A stretch of 64,000 nt of DNA, from IMG/VR virus record IMGVR_UViG_3300035698_018446; one strand, written 5' to 3'. Shown here one piece after another: positions 54,086 through 64,000 of this stretch (positions are counted from its first letter, which is position 1; every line of letters begins with the position of its first letter). The notes beneath the pieces are model-generated. The model made no database searches. It saw only the letters and a program-made list of their open reading frames with translations, and was not told the DNA's origin. The position numbers and the translations under genes are program-made. Origin of the DNA: an uncultured virus (IMG/VR IMGVR_UViG_3300035698_018446). Taxonomy: Duplodnaviria > Heunggongvirae > Uroviricota > Caudoviricetes.

Positions 54086-57000
54086 ATGTCTGATATACTC
54101 AAGATCCAAAGCGGAGTTCTTTCCACCGATCCGAATCGCGATGAGGCCGCAGAGCCTTTATCTTCCCGCAATCAAGCGATTCCTTCGGATATAGGCGCGC
54201 TCGTTTCCGGGGCAGGTGCTTTTCGTATTGTAGGCGATCTCACGCGCGCAGCCTTGTTCAACGACACCGCCCCCACAAATCATCCTCAGCGCAATCGTAG
54301 ACTCTCTCAGCAGCGTCTTGTCTACGGTGCGCGGGTCTGGGCGGAAGGTACGACAGGGACCTTCACAGGGCCTAGCGCGTTCAATACGAGCGGGGTGTCC
54401 GTCTCGGGCTTCCCCAATAGTCTTCGTCTCGTATTGACGAATACAGACACAGGCGCTCGATTAGGATCTTGGGCTATTTCGTCGATGGCTGGCACGACAA
54501 TTAACACGATTCAAGCTGGAAGCATAGCTGGAAGCTACACTTGGCAACTCGTATCGCAGGATCCTGTGCCTCTGCTCGCTATGCCTGTGAAAGATGGGTC
54601 CGCCGGGGGTGAGCTGGTGTATCTCACTGTCTTACCCTCGCGGTGGCCGATCGGTTCAGGGGAGAATCGCATTATTACAGGGGGCGCGCTCGCGGGGGCA
54701 TCTCTTGTTTTGCCTTCTGGTCGTCTGAGGTTCACATTCACCCACGTCGTTGCTACACAGATATATCAAGTAGATGATATTGTGTTTGTGGGCGCAGCAA
54801 CAGCTCCCGGACAGGCGGGCGTGCGCGGGCGCGTAGATAGCGTGGTGTTCACACCGGGATTACCCAATACAGAGGTTTTGACAATCGAGCCAATGTATGG
54901 AGAGGAGATCCCTCTTTATACTGTGAGTACCAATGTCGCAAAGCTAGGGCAAGTGCGCGATATCACTTCAAATCCTTACCAGTTGGTGTCTGGTATTTTT
55001 GTGTTCAATGATAAGAGATATCTTGAGGACATTAGAGTTTATCCTCTTTTATCTCCGGCCAATGGTCCTTCGATAGCGCAGACGGGATCCGCGATTACGT
55101 TGTTAGGTGAGGGCTCCTTGCCTTTCTCAGGGGATAAGGAAGCAGGATATGGCTTGGTGCTGTATCCCGCGACCGTTTTAGGAACACCCGATCTGAATCT
55201 CCCGATCACGAACTTCGCAGATGTCAAGATCAATCCAAGTCTGCTAGTCACCCAAACGGTGACGGTGGATTATGCTCAAGGCGCGGTGATCTTGTCTCAC
55301 CCTATCCCCGCCACGGGGGGAGACTTGAACCCAAATAGCTATGTGGCTCCAGATGGGACACGTCGTCTCTTTGCGGTCTTTGTGGCATACAACAGGAGCT
55401 ACGCACCCGAGAGTGTCCGATCTCTCCACGCGGACAGTCCTCTTACAGGCGCTACAATCAAGTATGAGCCGCAAGATCTTGTGTACCCACTGGCGGAGCT
55501 TATCAATCGTGTATCGGGTTGGGTGGTGCGCCCCGATGCCAAACAAGATTATCATGTCGATTTTAGCACACAGAGCGCGACTCTTCCCGCGATAGGGATT
55601 ACGGCGGACAATGCTCTTGTGCCCAATCAATCCCCGCAGCTCCTTTTCCAGAGAAGATCACAAGATTTACCGCTTACAGGCATTGCGGCGATTGGTTACG
55701 GACCTACTGAAGATTCGAGTCTATTCGACTCAGGAAGTCCTGTACAACAGTTAGTTCTCGTACCTTCGGGTCAGGGTCCAATTATCAACACGCTCATCGG
55801 AGGAGGTGCCGGGTTAGATCGAGGAGCGTATATGACTCTATCTGAGGGGTGGAAGGATCTTGAATTCACAATCCCTCTCCTCACAGTAGCCGGGACGATC
55901 AATTTCTATATGAACGATTTTGAAGTCCTGATCACGATTCCTCCCGCCCTGTTTCTCAACCCCACCTCGTTTCAAGCGACGCTCCTTGCTGGCATCTCCA
56001 CTGCGGCCACTTTGGCGGGCCGCACACAAGTTCTGGGCGAAGATTTTTTTATGACCGTGACTCCCTTGCAGACTGTGGTTTTGTCTGTGCGGGATGTTTT
56101 AGTGACAAGGGCGGGAATCAATCAGGGTCAGTTTGGAATCCCCTCTAATCGCCGCATTGAAGCCTTGGGCGTCTTCCAGAGTGTGTATAGTACGCTTGTG
56201 GGAAGCTCTACCAAGTCCACGTGGGATTACAATGTGCGCGACGGGAAAGGCCGCAATGCAACATGGCGGGGAGAAGATGTGCAGATCCGCTCAGGCGCCT
56301 CCCTCGCGGGCGTGGGCGAGTCTTTTGAGCAGTCTTACTCCAATCTCGTATTAAATGTATCCGGTCCCTTGACCTATTCTGGAGATCAGGTCTTCACACC
56401 GGATTTGGTGTGTTACACGACGGTACAAGAAGCTGGTGTTGATGTTGTTCGCATCGTCAACATCAAAAGCAGTTTTGCAAGTTTCACAGGTTCCGGGGCG
56501 GGCTTGTACCATGTTTATTGGAATCGGACGACTGAGTTAGTAAGCATCATCTTGGATGCTTTGGTGGTTGATAAAACCTTCGACACGGGCATCAATCAAG
56601 GCGTCCCCATTGCGCGTATCTTCTTTGATGGCTCCGTTGTAGGGAGCCTTCAGACTGCTCTGGCTTTTAGCCGCAATTTAAAAAGTAATCAGCCCTTGAC
56701 TGTCGGGATCGGAGGTATGTTCGAGACGATTCAAGCGGCTTGTTACTGGATCGAATCTAGGGATTCCGTGACTCGAACTATTCATCTTGTTTCTGACATC
56801 ATAGCGGATGCTTTGTACGGAGGTAGCGCCTACTTGCCCAACGGCGTCACAATCGAGGGGAATGGTCATACAGTAACTTGTTCCAACTTTCTCAACACAT
56901 CTTTTGCACCCTTGTTCTACTTGCGCGAGTTAAGCACAAATGTAGCGACAAGAGACATCACGATTCAGAATATTCGCTTTGTTTTCGATGATGTGGTAGA

Positions 57001-58417
57001 TCAATCCATTCTCGCACTCTTTTTCGATAATTCCATAGCGGGACCACCCGCCACATCTTCAAATCGTGTCACAATTTCTAATGTGTACTACAATGGGTCA
57101 GGCGTTCAGCAGAATGGAATGGTTACTGTGGTGGCTGGTTTATATCCGCTTGAAGTGTTTGTAAAAGATTCCACATTTCAAGGACTGGGATTGGTTTCCA
57201 ACGGATTTACAGGTTGTGATGTTTTGGTCATGGATAACTGCAATTTCCAAAACATTTCAGGAAACTCGGCTGGGACATCTTCTCTTGTAGGGCTCACTTT
57301 AGGGGATCGCATCTTTCTCAAAAATGTTCGAATGAATTCCATATCGTCTTTGACAAATTCTTGTGGATTTGTGAGAAATGATGGTGCAGGCGTGACAAGT
57401 GGATGTGAGATCCGTATTGACAATTGTAGAGTGGATACTTCTTTTGTGGATGCGATTCAATTGAACAATACGACGGTCACGGCGAGAACACAGCTAGCGA
57501 TCAAGGGCTCTTACTTCACTACGGAAAATCAGGCTCAGAACTATATCGGTGGTGTAACTCGTCGCGTCTTTTCTCAAATTGAGGATACGAGCTTCTTGAG
57601 GTCTTCAGTGTCTCTGACTCCTAGCGCCGGGTTCATTTTGTCGGATCACACTGGAGGCGGTGAGGTTTCGAGTTGGACTTTCGACAATTGCAGAATTGCT
57701 AACGCGAGCTTTGCAGTAACGTCTTATCCCGGCCTTAGCGTGAGCATGAATGATGTGACTTGCGAGCAAGAAACAAACATCAACGTGAGTGCAGGGACGG
57801 GGCCTTGCAAGATTGTAATGAAAGGTACTTCATGGACAGAAGGCATTATGACTTTCAATGGCGCCACGGTCTTTTTAACTGATACGGTTGTGTCAAACAC
57901 GACAACGGTTCTGCTATCGCCCACTCTTCAGTTCAATAGTTGCAATCTGTCTGTAAAAGGTCTACGCATCACAAAGACTACAACGGATTCTCAAGCATGT
58001 GTGCGATTCCGTGGAGCAAGCCGTGCAGAGTTGTCTAATGTACAGTTGACTCATGGTAATGGCGCGACGGGAACATCTTCTGGAATCGTGATAAACTCGG
58101 ACGCTTCGTTCACGCATCTTCTTGTGAACAATATCGCGATGACCTATGTGGGCTCGGGTGCTTCCGCGATTGTTTCAGGCTTTGCTTTCCTGAGCCCCCT
58201 AGTCCTGACGGATCTTTATCTCACCTTGACAGGGTTTGTTTTCCGTGGATATCCTCTCCAGTCCGGCAACTCCACAGCGCTGCGCTTGGCCGCTAACTGG
58301 CGAGCTTTTACGATTGGATCTGGATTCACATTCTCATTAGCACCTACGTCCAATTTTTTTGCCTTTGCTACCCCTACGGATTACTATCTCGAAACCTCCG
58401 CCCGCTTCCTGAGCTGA
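54086..58417 (+). CDS. putative tail fibre/spike with C-terminal pectin-lyase-like beta-helix
   Basis: VGIGGMFETIQAA...TIHL...LPNGVTIEG entry motif followed by repeated xTIxNxxF beta-helix rungs. Confidence 0.7.
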   Translation: MSDILKIQSGVLSTDPNRDEAAEPLSSRNQAIPSDIGALVSGAGAFRIVGDLTRAALFNDTAPTNHPQRNRRLSQQRLVYGARVWAEGTTGTFTGPSAFNTSGVSVSGFPNSLRLVLTNTDTGARLGSWAISSMAGTTINTIQAGSIAGSYTWQLVSQDPVPLLAMPVKDGSAGGELVYLTVLPSRWPIGSGENRIITGGALAGASLVLPSGRLRFTFTHVVATQIYQVDDIVFVGAATAPGQAGVRGRVDSVVFTPGLPNTEVLTIEPMYGEEIPLYTVSTNVAKLGQVRDITSNPYQLVSGIFVFNDKRYLEDIRVYPLLSPANGPSIAQTGSAITLLGEGSLPFSGDKEAGYGLVLYPATVLGTPDLNLPITNFADVKINPSLLVTQTVTVDYAQGAVILSHPIPATGGDLNPNSYVAPDGTRRLFAVFVAYNRSYAPESVRSLHADSPLTGATIKYEPQDLVYPLAELINRVSGWVVRPDAKQDYHVDFSTQSATLPAIGITADNALVPNQSPQLLFQRRSQDLPLTGIAAIGYGPTEDSSLFDSGSPVQQLVLVPSGQGPIINTLIGGGAGLDRGAYMTLSEGWKDLEFTIPLLTVAGTINFYMNDFEVLITIPPALFLNPTSFQATLLAGISTAATLAGRTQVLGEDFFMTVTPLQTVVLSVRDVLVTRAGINQGQFGIPSNRRIEALGVFQSVYSTLVGSSTKSTWDYNVRDGKGRNATWRGEDVQIRSGASLAGVGESFEQSYSNLVLNVSGPLTYSGDQVFTPDLVCYTTVQEAGVDVVRIVNIKSSFASFTGSGAGLYHVYWNRTTELVSIILDALVVDKTFDTGINQGVPIARIFFDGSVVGSLQTALAFSRNLKSNQPLTVGIGGMFETIQAACYWIESRDSVTRTIHLVSDIIADALYGGSAYLPNGVTIEGNGHTVTCSNFLNTSFAPLFYLRELSTNVATRDITIQNIRFVFDDVVDQSILALFFDNSIAGPPATSSNRVTISNVYYNGSGVQQNGMVTVVAGLYPLEVFVKDSTFQGLGLVSNGFTGCDVLVMDNCNFQNISGNSAGTSSLVGLTLGDRIFLKNVRMNSISSLTNSCGFVRNDGAGVTSGCEIRIDNCRVDTSFVDAIQLNNTTVTARTQLAIKGSYFTTENQAQNYIGGVTRRVFSQIEDTSFLRSSVSLTPSAGFILSDHTGGGEVSSWTFDNCRIANASFAVTSYPGLSVSMNDVTCEQETNINVSAGTGPCKIVMKGTSWTEGIMTFNGATVFLTDTVVSNTTTVLLSPTLQFNSCNLSVKGLRITKTTTDSQACVRFRGASRAELSNVQLTHGNGATGTSSGIVINSDASFTHLLVNNIAMTYVGSGASAIVSGFAFLSPLVLTDLYLTLTGFVFRGYPLQSGNSTALRLAANWRAFTIGSGFTFSLAPTSNFFAFATPTDYYLETSARFLS

Positions 58418-58429
58418 TGAGAAAATCAC

Positions 58430-59038
58430 ATGTACTATCTAATCGAAAATAAGACCTCTCGTGTTCTCGCCTCCAATCTTCCACGCATTGACGCTATCCC
58501 GGTACAGGGTTTTCGTGTCTTTACTGTGGAAGATAATGTTCCAATTGATGAAGAGATCAATCCACCGCTCAATGCTATGGAGTTGGCGCAGCAGAACTAT
58601 GAAGGTCTTTTAGCGTTCAACCCTCAATATGCGTACACCACCTATGACGATTTGTCTTCGGAGACATCATGGAACATCTCTGCTCTCAACACGCGTGGCG
58701 CTGTTGGGGATGGAAACACATGGCTAGCTTCTACCACGGGATTGCTTCAAACACAGTCTGTCATTGCGGGAACCGCTTTTGATAGGGGTAAGATGTTCTG
58801 GAGCGTGTATGAAATGAGCATCACAGATAGTGGCCCTCTTCAAAGAAATCTCCATTTTAATCCTTTAATGCCAGACGCTATACAGGTGTCTATATCCAAT
58901 GATGGCGGCACCTCTTTTGTTGCTACTCCCTATGGTGTGGAGTTTATTTTAGGGGGATTGGGGAATCAAATCGTGGTGCGCTTTGAAAACCCCAATGTGG
59001 GTCGTGTGTATCTTGGGCATTTTGGACTTGTGTATTGA
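58430..59038 (+). CDS. putative virion structural protein
   Basis: Operon context; SNDGGTSF motif. Confidence 0.6.
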   Translation: MYYLIENKTSRVLASNLPRIDAIPVQGFRVFTVEDNVPIDEEINPPLNAMELAQQNYEGLLAFNPQYAYTTYDDLSSETSWNISALNTRGAVGDGNTWLASTTGLLQTQSVIAGTAFDRGKMFWSVYEMSITDSGPLQRNLHFNPLMPDAIQVSISNDGGTSFVATPYGVEFILGGLGNQIVVRFENPNVGRVYLGHFGLVY

Positions 59039-59052
59039 CAGAGGGATAAGTC

Positions 59053-62000
59053 ATGGCAGAGTTTTTCGGAAATGGCGTGAGCAGAACCCTCAACGCAAAT
59101 TCACGTCAGTTTGGTGAAGTGGTGTGGCAGAAAAATCGCCCACCTCTGGACTCAGAATTCAACCTTGTTTCACAGGTTCAAGAAGAAGCGCGTCGGCTTC
59201 TTCTTCTGTCTAATACACCTTCGGGATTCATTACAACATCTTCTCACCCCAAGCTCGATTTTCAATGTAATGCGCTCGCATCGAATTTGTTTTGGTTGGG
59301 GGGCAATTTGCCCGGCGATATCCCCAAAGCAATCGTGAATGGTTGGGTTATCCCCGTAACAGGCACCTTATGGTCCGTAGATAGCAGGGCCGCAATTAAG
59401 CTCCCGCCCCCTTCAGCGCCTTCTCAAGAGGGGGACGTGAACTTCGTCTTTCTGGAGGTGTGGCAAGCTCTCGTCGCTGCGAATGGGACGGTGAACAAAC
59501 CTGCTGAAGATTCTTTATGGCCCTTTGGTAATGTGGAATACGGAGGTCCGTTATTACCAAACGACCTTTTAGATCCCGCTATCCTTTTGGAGACTTCACG
59601 TCGAGTACAGATTCAATATCGTATTCGTGTGATCTCTCGTACCAATCTAGCCGTATACCCTAATGGCTTCAATCCTTCTATGCGCGCTCAGGGACCCTTG
59701 GCTGCACAGATAGCCAGTGCGTCTCCTTTGTATCAGTACCAGAACATGCGCAATGAGCTGGGTGACGCAGGGCTCTGGCGCGCGGGGGATGGCAATGGTA
59801 CCGGGGGGCTCTTGCAGACTGTAGATGGTTATGTCTATGCGATCCCTATCTGCGCGGTGTTTCGTCGAAGCACAGGAACCTGGGGGGTATTGAATCAGCA
59901 GCATGACGTGGCACAGAATCGTAATCCCGCCATGACGAGTCGTCTCAATGCTTCGGTGTTGGCTGATGTGACTTTGGCGGCAGACGTGTTACCAACATCG
60001 ACGGTACTCACCACAGTGATCGCGCGCGTAGACACAACTTTTCCTGCAACAGGATTCCTGCGGGTGGGTCAAGAGATCATTGGGTATTCTTCGTGGAACT
60101 CCACGACGATTACGGTGAGTCAACGCGGGGCAAAGGGCACTCAAGCTAGCACACACAGATTAGGGGCTCATGTTTGTTTCGTGACATCTAACCCCCTTTC
60201 TTTGTATTCGGATCAGATCGTGCCTGAAGACGTGTATGATCTTAGACCTTCTGTGAATCTGAAAGGGCATGATCATCAAGGTGTATTGCGTCACAATTTG
60301 GATCGCCTCTTAAATGGTACGCTAGCGTCAGCATGGAAGCGATCTGAAGCAAACATGAAGGGAACTCTACACTTTCAGGTAGACTACTTATCTCAAAGCA
60401 TCCCAGCCCCCAATGGAACGCTAGAAGGTGATGCGCCCGACGGTTTCCGTAAGATTTTTAGTGATGCCGCTGCTTTACAGCCTGACAACCTCATGATCTT
60501 AGGTCTGGCTCAGACGGCGAACACTTCGGATCTCACGTTCAATCCTACCGCTCAGATCAAGCGCACCATCGCGTTGCAATGGAATCGCGGTGACATCGTG
60601 CGGGTACCTCTTGATCAATATCGCCAAACATTCAAGTCCGCTGCGAATGAAAAAGTGCGCTTCGTGCATCCTTTAGAGTACGGAGACCTAGATCATGATC
60701 CCGTGCGTGTGTGGTGGGGCAATACCGATGTGCAGAATCCTTCTACCTTATTGCAAAATCAAGTGGGGTATGAGGCGCTTCCTTTTATGGGGGCGGGAAG
60801 AGTCTTTACCGTTCTTGGGGAAATTCCTTCGGGGCTCACAGTACCCTCAGAAGGGCTAACTACACCTCTCCAATTCTCGGCGCCAAATAGGCTATCAGTG
60901 GGCGGTGTGGATTTTTCACAGATCATACCTTCGCAAGGTGTGACTGTGGCCGCCTATCTCGCAAGCATTGGGGCTTGGATCGCTGCGGGCGATGACAATC
61001 CCACAGCGATCAATCCCGCGAACCACGGCGCTTGGCGTATCCTAGGGACCGATGGGTTCACAGGTCTTCTGGTACAAAATCAAGATGGATCTTCGCCGGG
61101 TTTCGTGACCACGCTCAACATCCGGGACTGGTATTTGCGCTTAGAGTCTTGCACGGAGTTGGATACAGAATTGCTTGTCGTCTTGACAGGTGTTCCTTCA
61201 GTGCCCGCTCCTTACAGCTTGGCGAGTACGATGTCCGTGACCTACGATCTTTTGTACCATGCGTCACAGGGGCTTGCACGTTGTCCAGAAGCAGGTTTGT
61301 TTACGCGCGTAGAGACACCAAACGCTTCTGTGACGAATTATCTAAGAGAGTTGTCTTTTGCGGATAAGGCAACGGCGACAACAGCGACCGTGAGAGATTT
61401 TCCGAGCAATCCTTTCTCCACGCTTTTTGTTGGAACTCGTGAGCCATTTCCCCCCCGCGTAACGCGTGGTCTTTCGGATGGTCCCGACAAAACATGGGGA
61501 GAAGCTTATGTTGACAAGCAGTCCAAGACGCTTCTTTTCCAGCCCGTGCGCCGCATACAGGCAGCGCTCACCCCGCGCAATCTCAATACGCCCGCTCCTT
61601 TTGCCGCTGCGATAGGAATACCTGATTTCAATTTAGTAGCTGGTGCGCCTTCGTACTATATCTCAAAAGATATCTTGGCGAGAAAGGGGCGGATAGAGAT
61701 CCCCTTCGTCAAGATTCGCAACACGCTGGCGACCGATCCGCCTTTCGGCATGAATTTCTTGTTCCAGCTTGGAGGGGGCCAGAATTCTACGGCTCTCGCT
61801 CCAAACCCTCGCCTGACGTTGCAGCGGGTACTGGTGGCGTACAATCCCGGATCAGCTGTGGTGTTTGGCGCATATGTCCCCCTTTCTTCTTATGGGGGGA
61901 ATGCCTTATCTGTTCCCGCGCTCGCGTGCAGGAGGTATCAGAAAGAGGGGGTGTCTGGGTTTGAGCTACCAGCTCATTATGGCATTTCTCGTCTCTTCGG

Positions 62001-63462
62001 CGTCTACCGCGCCCCTGAATTCTACGCCAATGGCGCGCTAGGATCTTTTGCTGCGCCTTCTTATCGTGACGATAGTGGGTCCACGATCAGCAATATTATT
62101 CGTACTAGTGGGTCAACTCATTCTCTTTTTATTACACCTGAAGGGTCTTTTGTGATCCCTGATGACTCTGTGGACTCAGCCCAGCTTGACCCCCTCAATC
62201 CTGTACCGATCATTTTCGAGCTATCCCTGTTCGTCTATGACGTGTGGCCGCAAGATCGTAGATCATTCCTTCGTGTCTACACGACCAATGCGTCTGGCGA
62301 CCCCGTAGCGTCGAGCTTGAGCCTGTTTGCGAATGGTCCCGCGTCCTCGGTGGATAGTGTCTTCTCCGTGTCTCTACGGCGTCCCTATCAAGGGTCTTTT
62401 GTAGGGACGATGCCGATATCCACAACAGATTCCTTGAATTTGGATCCCGTAGATTATGTCCCCAAGCGCGGCATCGAAACGCCACCGCAGATACTAGCTC
62501 TCCAAGTGCCTTTGGATGTGGACGTGGCTAAACAGTCCAATCCCGCAGCTTTGGAGATATTGGCATCAGAGGTTTTCTGTACCACTCAAGGTTCAGGTCG
62601 CATTTCAGGCGCCTTTATTCCGGGTTCATATACCGATGTGGGTTATATGTCCACAGCGGTTTATCCTTTCTTGACCGGATTAGATGCGCCCCTCAAGGTC
62701 AAGGTGCGGGCACTACCCGAAGCTACAGACATGATCGCGGAAAACGTCGCCATGACGGAACGACTGCCCCAAGGGTTGCTCACACAAGATTCTTATTTCA
62801 TAGGGGAGGGCTTAGGTCCAAAAGACGCTAGTTTCTGGATAGAGTCTTATCGTCCCGGCCCTTCCACGCGTGGTGATCCCTTCTTGACTTCTCAGCCTTC
62901 TTCGAGTGGGGTCATTGTCGTGTCGGATGGCACCGCGTTGGGCTCCAGTGCCTTGATAGGATACAACGCCTCCTTCAATTTGTACCGTACTTATAGAGGG
63001 GGTACGATGACGGATCAGCAAGGGTACCCTTCCGCGTATATGGGACCTACGGTATACAAAGATCTTACCCTTTATAATCTCCCACCTGAACAAGCTAAAG
63101 GCATACACGGTGCAGCCCTTATGGCCGTAGCTCTTCTCGTCCGAAATGTGCCCGAAACCGCTACAGCTTCTTCAATTCCGGTGAGCTATGGTGACGAATT
63201 GCAGATGGTGGTGATCACAGGTCTTCAGATCGGTAGAGACCTTGACCCTTCCACTTTAGGTCTTTCCAGAGAGTTTGTCCGTCTTCTGGCAGATACACAT
63301 GTCACGGGCATTGGGGAGGGCTATACAGCTGTTGATCGTTTTAGAGTCGAAGGCCGTCCTATGGAGAAGGGCGCTCGGAACTTGCAAACAAAACCAGTCG
63401 TGAGGCGTCCAGATGGCAATAACCCGCCACCGATCCCAAATCCCTGTTTCTGTCCTCCTTGA
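59053..63462 (+). CDS. putative baseplate wedge / fibre-attachment protein (DUF4815-like), paralog of 49523-52066
   Basis: GVSRTL, WQKNRPPLDSEFNL, NFVFLEVW, RVQIQYRIR, TVDGYVYAIPICAVFRR. Confidence 0.65.
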   Translation: MAEFFGNGVSRTLNANSRQFGEVVWQKNRPPLDSEFNLVSQVQEEARRLLLLSNTPSGFITTSSHPKLDFQCNALASNLFWLGGNLPGDIPKAIVNGWVIPVTGTLWSVDSRAAIKLPPPSAPSQEGDVNFVFLEVWQALVAANGTVNKPAEDSLWPFGNVEYGGPLLPNDLLDPAILLETSRRVQIQYRIRVISRTNLAVYPNGFNPSMRAQGPLAAQIASASPLYQYQNMRNELGDAGLWRAGDGNGTGGLLQTVDGYVYAIPICAVFRRSTGTWGVLNQQHDVAQNRNPAMTSRLNASVLADVTLAADVLPTSTVLTTVIARVDTTFPATGFLRVGQEIIGYSSWNSTTITVSQRGAKGTQASTHRLGAHVCFVTSNPLSLYSDQIVPEDVYDLRPSVNLKGHDHQGVLRHNLDRLLNGTLASAWKRSEANMKGTLHFQVDYLSQSIPAPNGTLEGDAPDGFRKIFSDAAALQPDNLMILGLAQTANTSDLTFNPTAQIKRTIALQWNRGDIVRVPLDQYRQTFKSAANEKVRFVHPLEYGDLDHDPVRVWWGNTDVQNPSTLLQNQVGYEALPFMGAGRVFTVLGEIPSGLTVPSEGLTTPLQFSAPNRLSVGGVDFSQIIPSQGVTVAAYLASIGAWIAAGDDNPTAINPANHGAWRILGTDGFTGLLVQNQDGSSPGFVTTLNIRDWYLRLESCTELDTELLVVLTGVPSVPAPYSLASTMSVTYDLLYHASQGLARCPEAGLFTRVETPNASVTNYLRELSFADKATATTATVRDFPSNPFSTLFVGTREPFPPRVTRGLSDGPDKTWGEAYVDKQSKTLLFQPVRRIQAALTPRNLNTPAPFAAAIGIPDFNLVAGAPSYYISKDILARKGRIEIPFVKIRNTLATDPPFGMNFLFQLGGGQNSTALAPNPRLTLQRVLVAYNPGSAVVFGAYVPLSSYGGNALSVPALACRRYQKEGVSGFELPAHYGISRLFGVYRAPEFYANGALGSFAAPSYRDDSGSTISNIIRTSGSTHSLFITPEGSFVIPDDSVDSAQLDPLNPVPIIFELSLFVYDVWPQDRRSFLRVYTTNASGDPVASSLSLFANGPASSVDSVFSVSLRRPYQGSFVGTMPISTTDSLNLDPVDYVPKRGIETPPQILALQVPLDVDVAKQSNPAALEILASEVFCTTQGSGRISGAFIPGSYTDVGYMSTAVYPFLTGLDAPLKVKVRALPEATDMIAENVAMTERLPQGLLTQDSYFIGEGLGPKDASFWIESYRPGPSTRGDPFLTSQPSSSGVIVVSDGTALGSSALIGYNASFNLYRTYRGGTMTDQQGYPSAYMGPTVYKDLTLYNLPPEQAKGIHGAALMAVALLVRNVPETATASSIPVSYGDELQMVVITGLQIGRDLDPSTLGLSREFVRLLADTHVTGIGEGYTAVDRFRVEGRPMEKGARNLQTKPVVRRPDGNNPPPIPNPCFCPP

Positions 63463-63624
63463 AGGTCTAAGTGATACAATGACGAAGATTCGACGTGATC
63501 TTCCTTATTTGGAGGGCACGTCCCGCCTTAAAGCGCAAAAACTTTTAATAAAATGTACTGAAGAGATCCGTTTGATCCAAAACACATCCCCAAAGTAGGG
63601 GGTGTTTCCTGCCGGGGGGCCATC

Positions 63625-64000
63625 ATGTTGAAATCAATCCATTCCAAGATATTGTCTATCAATTGGGGCGCAGTCATTATCGAAGACAAGGCTTTGTCAT
63701 TCGGGCGCATCGCAGGTTGGATTGCTTTGTTTATGTTGGTAGGGAAATGGTCAGAAAACATCGAGCCATCTATATCCCTTGTAGAGACTTTCTGGGCACT
63801 ACTTATCTACAATGCAGGTAAGAAGATGACGGGTCCTGTATCTACATTCTTGTCTTCAAGATCTTCAAAAAGTCGCGACCTTCCTTTGCAGGAAACGCAT
63901 GAGTTCGCGGTTGCACCTTACGAGCCTTCTCGTCCAGTGGAGACGGTTCAAAGAGTCGACATACGAACAAATTCGATTCGTGACTCTTTTGCAGAAGATT
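63625..64000 (+). CDS. membrane protein, holin-like (partial, runs off the window end)
   Basis: ATG 63625 after GGGGGG; LSFGRIAGWIALFMLVGKW and FWALLIYNAGKK hydrophobic segments. Confidence 0.5.
   Translation, partial: MLKSIHSKILSINWGAVIIEDKALSFGRIAGWIALFMLVGKWSENIEPSISLVETFWALLIYNAGKKMTGPVSTFLSSRSSKSRDLPLQETHEFAVAPYEPSRPVETVQRVDIRTNSIRDSFAED

Noticed and set aside
1..64000. Stop-codon recoding, tRNAs, DGR/retron or IS elements
   Set aside because: Long genes are intact in the standard code, and I saw no cloverleaf, reverse transcriptase, transposase or integrase motifs.

Overview
This window is part of a large (jumbo-type) contractile-tailed phage genome read in the standard genetic code, with no tRNA or rRNA seen. 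Two virion morphogenesis blocks are present. The first (about 10.4-26.9 kb) encodes an SNF2-like helicase, neck/tail-completion proteins, an actin-like ATPase and a 2046-aa tail sheath. The second (42.5-63.5 kb) encodes baseplate and fibre proteins. Between them lies a 15.5-kb block of host-like functions: GroEL, DHH phosphoesterase, HNH, AAA+ ATPase, cold-shock protein, Lon, DEDDh exonuclease, GyrB/ParE and an ECF-like sigma factor. The first 10 kb is an accessory region. It contains (i) a probable virion gene fractured by an atypically split intein (37-aa IntN, 122-aa IntC) with a micro-ORF between the halves; (ii) a cas-less type I-C-like CRISPR mini-array; (iii) a second copy of its promoter and leader hairpin driving a single diverged repeat (candidate RNA anti-CRISPR or regulatory crRNA mimic); (iv) a duplicated J-domain/unknown gene pair; and (v) an orphan BglII-like methyltransferase. 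The sheath appears to contain a recursively nested ('Russian doll') stack of six domains. All protein family calls come from motif recognition by eye; no database searches were run.
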